10,612 nt of DNA from Candidatus Cryosericum sp. (GTDB lineage: Bacteria > Caldisericota > Caldisericia > Cryosericales > Cryosericaceae), in assembly GCA_049699855.1 (NCBI GenBank), contig JBNAWM010000052.1, positions 1 through 10,612 on the forward strand, read 5' to 3'. Below are positions 6,815 through 10,612 of this stretch, one piece after another. Each line of letters opens with the position of its first letter. The first letter of the stretch is position 1. Below the pieces are notes generated by a model. It did not search any database and was not told where the DNA came from. It saw only the letters and a program-made list of their open reading frames with translations. A program made the position numbers and the translations under genes.

Positions 6815-7672
6815 ATGAGTGTCATCATGAAGGGTTCGGAAGTAGTTTCAGCGATGAAGGAAGAACTGCTGCGCGAAACGCAGGAGCTGGCTCAGAAGGG
6901 CATCACCCCACAGGTGGGCATCATCCGTGTCGGAGCGCGGCCGGACGATCTGGCTTACGAGCGCGGTGCCCGGAAGCGCATGGAGGCAGTAGGCATCCGG
7001 TGTGTGGTGACCGAGCTCCCTGAGGATATTGAGCAGGCAGCATTCGAGCAGGCGTTCGCTGCGGTGAACGATGATCCTGCAACGCATGGCATTTTGCTGT
7101 TCCGTCCGCTGCCAAAGCAGCTGGATGAAGAGCCGGTGCGCACCATGATCAATCCATTGAAGGACATCGACGGCATGAGCCCGGTCAACATGGCAAAGGT
7201 TTTCTCTGGAGACGACAGCGGATTCGCGCCGTGCACGCCCGAAGCGGTCATGGAAGTGCTGGCCCACTATGGCATTGCCCTCAAGGGCAAGCGCGTCACG
7301 GTGGTCGGCAGAAGCATGGTAGTCGGCAAACCGCTTGCCATGCTGCTCCTCAAACAGCATGCGACGGTTACCATCTGCCATACGCGCACGGTCGATCTGC
7401 CGGGCACGTGCAGGAACGCCGAAGTGCTCATTGCTGCTGCCGGCAAGGCAAAGATGATCACCGCCGACTTCGTTGCCCCCGGTGCCGTCGTCGTGGACGT
7501 AGGCATCAACGTGGACGACGAGGGCAACCTGTGCGGAGACGTGGACTATGACGCAGTGTCCCCTGCCGCCGGCGCAATAACACCCGTGCCAGGCGGCGTG
7601 GGCACCGTCACCTCATCGGTGCTTGCGAAACATGTCGTGCGTGCGGCCAGGGAGTTGAACAGCCTCGGCTGA
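6815..7672 (+). CDS. folD: FolD-family 5,10-methylene-THF dehydrogenase (cyclohydrolase residues appear absent; 285 aa)
   Basis: INPLKDIDG, PCTP, VVGRSMVVGKP, TICHTRT, VVDVGIN, LCGDV and ITPVPGGVG motifs. SD AGGGAGG at 6798-6804 favours ATG 6815 over GTG 6782. Confidence 0.93.
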   Translation: MSVIMKGSEVVSAMKEELLRETQELAQKGITPQVGIIRVGARPDDLAYERGARKRMEAVGIRCVVTELPEDIEQAAFEQAFAAVNDDPATHGILLFRPLPKQLDEEPVRTMINPLKDIDGMSPVNMAKVFSGDDSGFAPCTPEAVMEVLAHYGIALKGKRVTVVGRSMVVGKPLAMLLLKQHATVTICHTRTVDLPGTCRNAEVLIAAAGKAKMITADFVAPGAVVVDVGINVDDEGNLCGDVDYDAVSPAAGAITPVPGGVGTVTSSVLAKHVVRAARELNSLG

Positions 7673-7682
7673 CGCTCAGGAC

Positions 7683-9155
7683 CTAGCTCTTGACTCTGCG
7701 GAAGTCGATGAATCCGCGGTCGATGTCCACCGAGATGAGCTGGACGCGTACGCGATGACCGACATCCAGTCCCTGGAAGCCCTGGACGACCCTGCCCTCG
7801 ACCGGGATCGTCAGCAGGCGCGCCCAGGTACCCTTGTCGGCGGCACCAGTGACGATGGCGTCAAACTGCTGGCCGATGCGGGACTGGAGGAGGAGCGCGG
7901 CCGCTGACTTGCCCACTTGCCGCTCGACCTTGTTGGCTGCATCTTCCTGCTCGGTGCAGTGTTTTGCAAGGTCCGTCAGCTCATCGATGTTGTAGGGAGC
8001 AGGCTTGCCTGCGACCGCCGCCTTGACAAGACGCTGGGTGATGACATCGGGATACCTGCGATTGGGGGCTGTCGAGTGGGTGTAATCGCGGACAGCCAGA
8101 CCGAAGTGTCCCTCTGCGTGGGCTCCCGGCAGCTCTGCCGCATACTCGCCTGGTCCCAGGAGTTTGATGATGGTTAGCGAGAGGTCGGGGAATGTCACAG
8201 GATCGGCCACCCGTGCGCTCGTCAGGAAGTCCTCGAGGGACTTGGAGTCGGGAGCCTCGGGCAGCTGGTAGCCGTGCTCGGCCGCCACTTCGACGATGCG
8301 GTCCCAGCGCTTGGGCGTGTGCACGACACGGCGAATAGACGGGAACTTGTGGTCCGCCAGAAATCGCACGGTGGCGCCATTGGCCGCGATCATGAAGTCC
8401 TCGATGAGCTCGGTGGCCCGGTTCTTCTCGGTCACTTCCAGGCTTGCGATCCTGTCGTCTTTGAACAGCGGCCGTGCCTCAAGCGTCTGCAGGCTGAGTG
8501 CGCCATGAGCATGACGGCGCCCTTTCAGGCGCTGGGCGATCCTGTCCTGCAGCTGCAGATTCTCCGCTAGACCGGGGACTGCCGCGACGGCCTCGGGCAT
8601 GAGGCCCCGGCCTTCTAGCCAGGCGGCAACGCCACTGTAGGTCAGCTTGGCATGATTGCGTACCACGGCACGGTAGAGGTCCGATTGCACCAGCGCGCCG
8701 TCAGCACCGGCCACCATGTCGATGACGGTGGCGATGCGGTCCTGATCCTGGTTCAGCGACGTCAGGTTGGTGGACAGCTTGTCGGGAAGCATGGGAAACT
8801 TCTCGCCGGCGGGATAGACCGAGGTGGTGTTGGCCCGGGCATGGTCATCAATGGCAGAGCCAGTTCTGACCAAGGCATCGACATCTGCGATGGCTACAAG
8901 GATACGGGTGGAGCCGTCCTGCAGGGGATCGGCCACCGTGATCTGGTCCAGGTCCAGAGAGTCGTCATTGTCGATGGAACACCAGGGCATCTCCCTCAGG
9001 TCATGGCTGACAGTTTTGTCGGGGATGGCCGGGCCATCGATCTTGTCGAGTTCGTCCATCACCTCGGGAGAGAAATCGGGCAGCAGACCTCTCTCGAGCA
9101 TCACCCGGTGGGCAATGTTGTGCAGGATTGCGCGTTGTTTTGCCTCATCTATCAT
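7683..9155 (-). CDS. RNB-domain exoribonuclease (RNase II/RNase R family, compact form, 490 aa)
   Basis: SIDNDDSLDLDQ acidic motif, VAIADV, TTSVY...PMLP..LS, LIEDFMIAAN, HFGLA..YTHSTAPNRRYPD and a C-terminal S1-like segment ending GFIDF. SD AAAGGAG upstream. Confidence 0.93.
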   Translation of the reverse strand: MIDEAKQRAILHNIAHRVMLERGLLPDFSPEVMDELDKIDGPAIPDKTVSHDLREMPWCSIDNDDSLDLDQITVADPLQDGSTRILVAIADVDALVRTGSAIDDHARANTTSVYPAGEKFPMLPDKLSTNLTSLNQDQDRIATVIDMVAGADGALVQSDLYRAVVRNHAKLTYSGVAAWLEGRGLMPEAVAAVPGLAENLQLQDRIAQRLKGRRHAHGALSLQTLEARPLFKDDRIASLEVTEKNRATELIEDFMIAANGATVRFLADHKFPSIRRVVHTPKRWDRIVEVAAEHGYQLPEAPDSKSLEDFLTSARVADPVTFPDLSLTIIKLLGPGEYAAELPGAHAEGHFGLAVRDYTHSTAPNRRYPDVITQRLVKAAVAGKPAPYNIDELTDLAKHCTEQEDAANKVERQVGKSAAALLLQSRIGQQFDAIVTGAADKGTWARLLTIPVEGRVVQGFQGLDVGHRVRVQLISVDIDRGFIDFRRVKS

Positions 9156-9205
9156 CGCACGAACTCCTTTCTTCCAGAGTGAGGCTGACCTTCAGCCTTG
9201 TTCTC

Positions 9206-9214
9206 AGTATAGCA
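9206..9214 (-). promoter_or_regulatory. Putative extended -10 promoter for the RNB gene
   Basis: Minus strand TGcTATACT (TGn plus -10), about 50 nt upstream of the ATG at 9155; no well-spaced -35. Confidence 0.5.
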
Positions 9215-9262
9215 GGGTCAGGGCAAAGGAGAGCAAGAATGCCTGCTGTTTCGTAATCCGCA

Positions 9263-9290
9263 TTGCGCAGGGCGCCCGGACCTGTATACT
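9263..9290 (+). promoter_or_regulatory. Putative sigma70/sigmaA promoter for the PTS IIC gene
   Basis: TTGCGC-N16-TATACT, 64 nt upstream of the ATG at 9355. Confidence 0.5.
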
Positions 9291-9354
9291 AGAGTGCTGG
9301 TGAATTCGGCCGCATCCAGGGAAACCCCGGACGTTGACAGCTGGAGGAGAAGAC

Positions 9355-10612
9355 ATGCAGTCAGTATTCACATTTGTCCGGGACCTGCTGGGGACGCCGG
9401 CGGTGCTGATCGGCCTGGTGACCTTTGTTGGTCTGGCCGTGCTGCACAAGTCGCCCGGTGAAGTATTGACGGGAACGATCAAGACCATCGTCGGCTTCCT
9501 GGTCCTTGCCATCGGAGCCGGCGCAATCATCGGGTCGCTGAACTACCTGACCCAGATGCTGCAGTTCGGTTTTCACATCCATGGCGTTCTCCCCAACAAC
9601 GAGGCAATGGTCATGGCTGCGCTGAAGGTGCTCGGCTCCCAGCCGGGGTGGGTGATGATCTTCGGTTTCCTGTTCAATATCTTCTTGGCGCGCGTGACAC
9701 GATGGAAGTATATCTTTCTCAGCGGGCACCTGACGCTGTATATGGCCACGGTGCTGGTTGCCGTTCTCACGGCCGCTGGCATGACGGGCGTTCGGGTCAC
9801 CATCATCTCCTCACTGATCCTGGGTTTCCTCATGATCCTCATGCCTGCTCTGAGTCAGCCCTTCATGCGGCTGGTCATGGGTGAGGATGATGTCGCCCTC
9901 GGCCAATTCGGGTCGCTCTCCTATATCGTCGCGGGCCTGCTGGGCAAGTGGTTTGGCAACAGGACTCAGTCAACGGAGGACATGAAACTGCCCAGAGGGC
10001 TGGACTTTCTGCGCGACTCGCTGATTTCCTCCGGCCTGGTCATGACCATCCTGTTCATTGTCGTTACCCTCAAGGCGGGGCCGGCGTTCGTGCGGGATAC
10101 ACTGGGGGTCACCCTGCATCCGCTGGTGTTTGCATTTGTCCAGGCGATGACGTTCGCTGCCGGCATGGCCATCGTTATCATGGGCGTGAACATGATCCTG
10201 GTGGAGATCACGATTGCCTTCCAAGGGATCGGCGAGAAGATCGTTCCCAATGCCAAACCGGCGCTCGATGTGCCCATTACGTTCCCCAGGGCGCCTACCG
10301 CCATGATGGTCGGTTTTCTTGCATCACTGACGGCCGGAGTGCTTTGCATGCTTCTCCTGCAGGTACTGCACATGCCCGTCATCATCCCGGGACTCATCTC
10401 CCATTTCTTCACGGGGGCGACGGCCGGCATTTTCGGCAACGCCACCGGCGGCCGCAGGGGTGCAGTCATGGGCGGATTTGCCAACGGCGTACTCATCAGC
10501 ATCCTGCCGGCACTGCTGCTTCCTCTGCTGGGTCCTCAGCTGGGCACTCTCAACACCATCTGGAGCGACGCCGATTTCCTCTGGGTCGGCATCGTGGTGG
10601 GCAACATCGCGC
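9355..10612 (+). CDS. ulaA: PTS ascorbate-family (UlaA/SgaT) IIC permease, 3'-truncated by the window end (at least 419 aa)
   Basis: Manual translation, not in the ORF track: [22 protein letters not shown]...GTIKTIVGF...GVLPNNEA...[15 protein letters not shown]...LDFLRDS...[20 protein letters not shown]...[21 protein letters not shown]...SDADF. SD GGAGGAG upstream; the frame is open to the end. Confidence 0.9.
   Translation, partial: MQSVFTFVRDLLGTPAVLIGLVTFVGLAVLHKSPGEVLTGTIKTIVGFLVLAIGAGAIIGSLNYLTQMLQFGFHIHGVLPNNEAMVMAALKVLGSQPGWVMIFGFLFNIFLARVTRWKYIFLSGHLTLYMATVLVAVLTAAGMTGVRVTIISSLILGFLMILMPALSQPFMRLVMGEDDVALGQFGSLSYIVAGLLGKWFGNRTQSTEDMKLPRGLDFLRDSLISSGLVMTILFIVVTLKAGPAFVRDTLGVTLHPLVFAFVQAMTFAAGMAIVIMGVNMILVEITIAFQGIGEKIVPNAKPALDVPITFPRAPTAMMVGFLASLTAGVLCMLLLQVLHMPVIIPGLISHFFTGATAGIFGNATGGRRGAVMGGFANGVLISILPALLLPLLGPQLGTLNTIWSDADFLWVGIVVGNIA

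Noticed and set aside
9172..9188. TCCAGAGTGAGGCTGA resembling the PyrR motif UCCAGAGAGGCUGA
   Set aside because: Has a 2-nt insertion, is antisense to the RNB leader, lies upstream of the predicted PTS promoter and is far from pyr genes; likely coincidence.
9204..10502. Minus-strand ORFs 9204-9530, 9361-9729, 9573-9842 and 9966-10502
   Set aside because: Antisense shadows of the plus-strand UlaA-family gene, which the track omitted only because it has no stop codon in the window.

Overview
A GC-rich bacterial window of mostly core metabolism. From 80 to 5839 on the minus strand lies a complete, tightly coupled de novo pyrimidine operon, pyrB-pyrI-pyrC-pyrF-pyrK-pyrD-pyrE, in a Clostridia-like layout; pyrR and carAB are not in the window. 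Divergent from it, a THF riboswitch (6049-6172) with a readable SD-sequestering expression platform precedes a folate ECF S-component (folT) and a FolD-family enzyme that lacks both canonical cyclohydrolase residues. Next is a convergent, compact RNB-domain (RNase II/R family) gene, then a divergent UlaA-family PTS IIC gene that runs off the window end and is missing from the ORF track. I see no mobile element, CRISPR array or defence system, and I cannot support a claim of a wholly new multi-gene system. The best leads are regulatory or enzymatic: the riboswitch switching mechanism and its long P4, a possible PyrR-independent GGGU-leader control of the pyr operon, a probably monofunctional FolD, a REP-like palindrome/tandem repeat that supplies the pyrD stop codon, and substrate-site changes in the PTS IIC.
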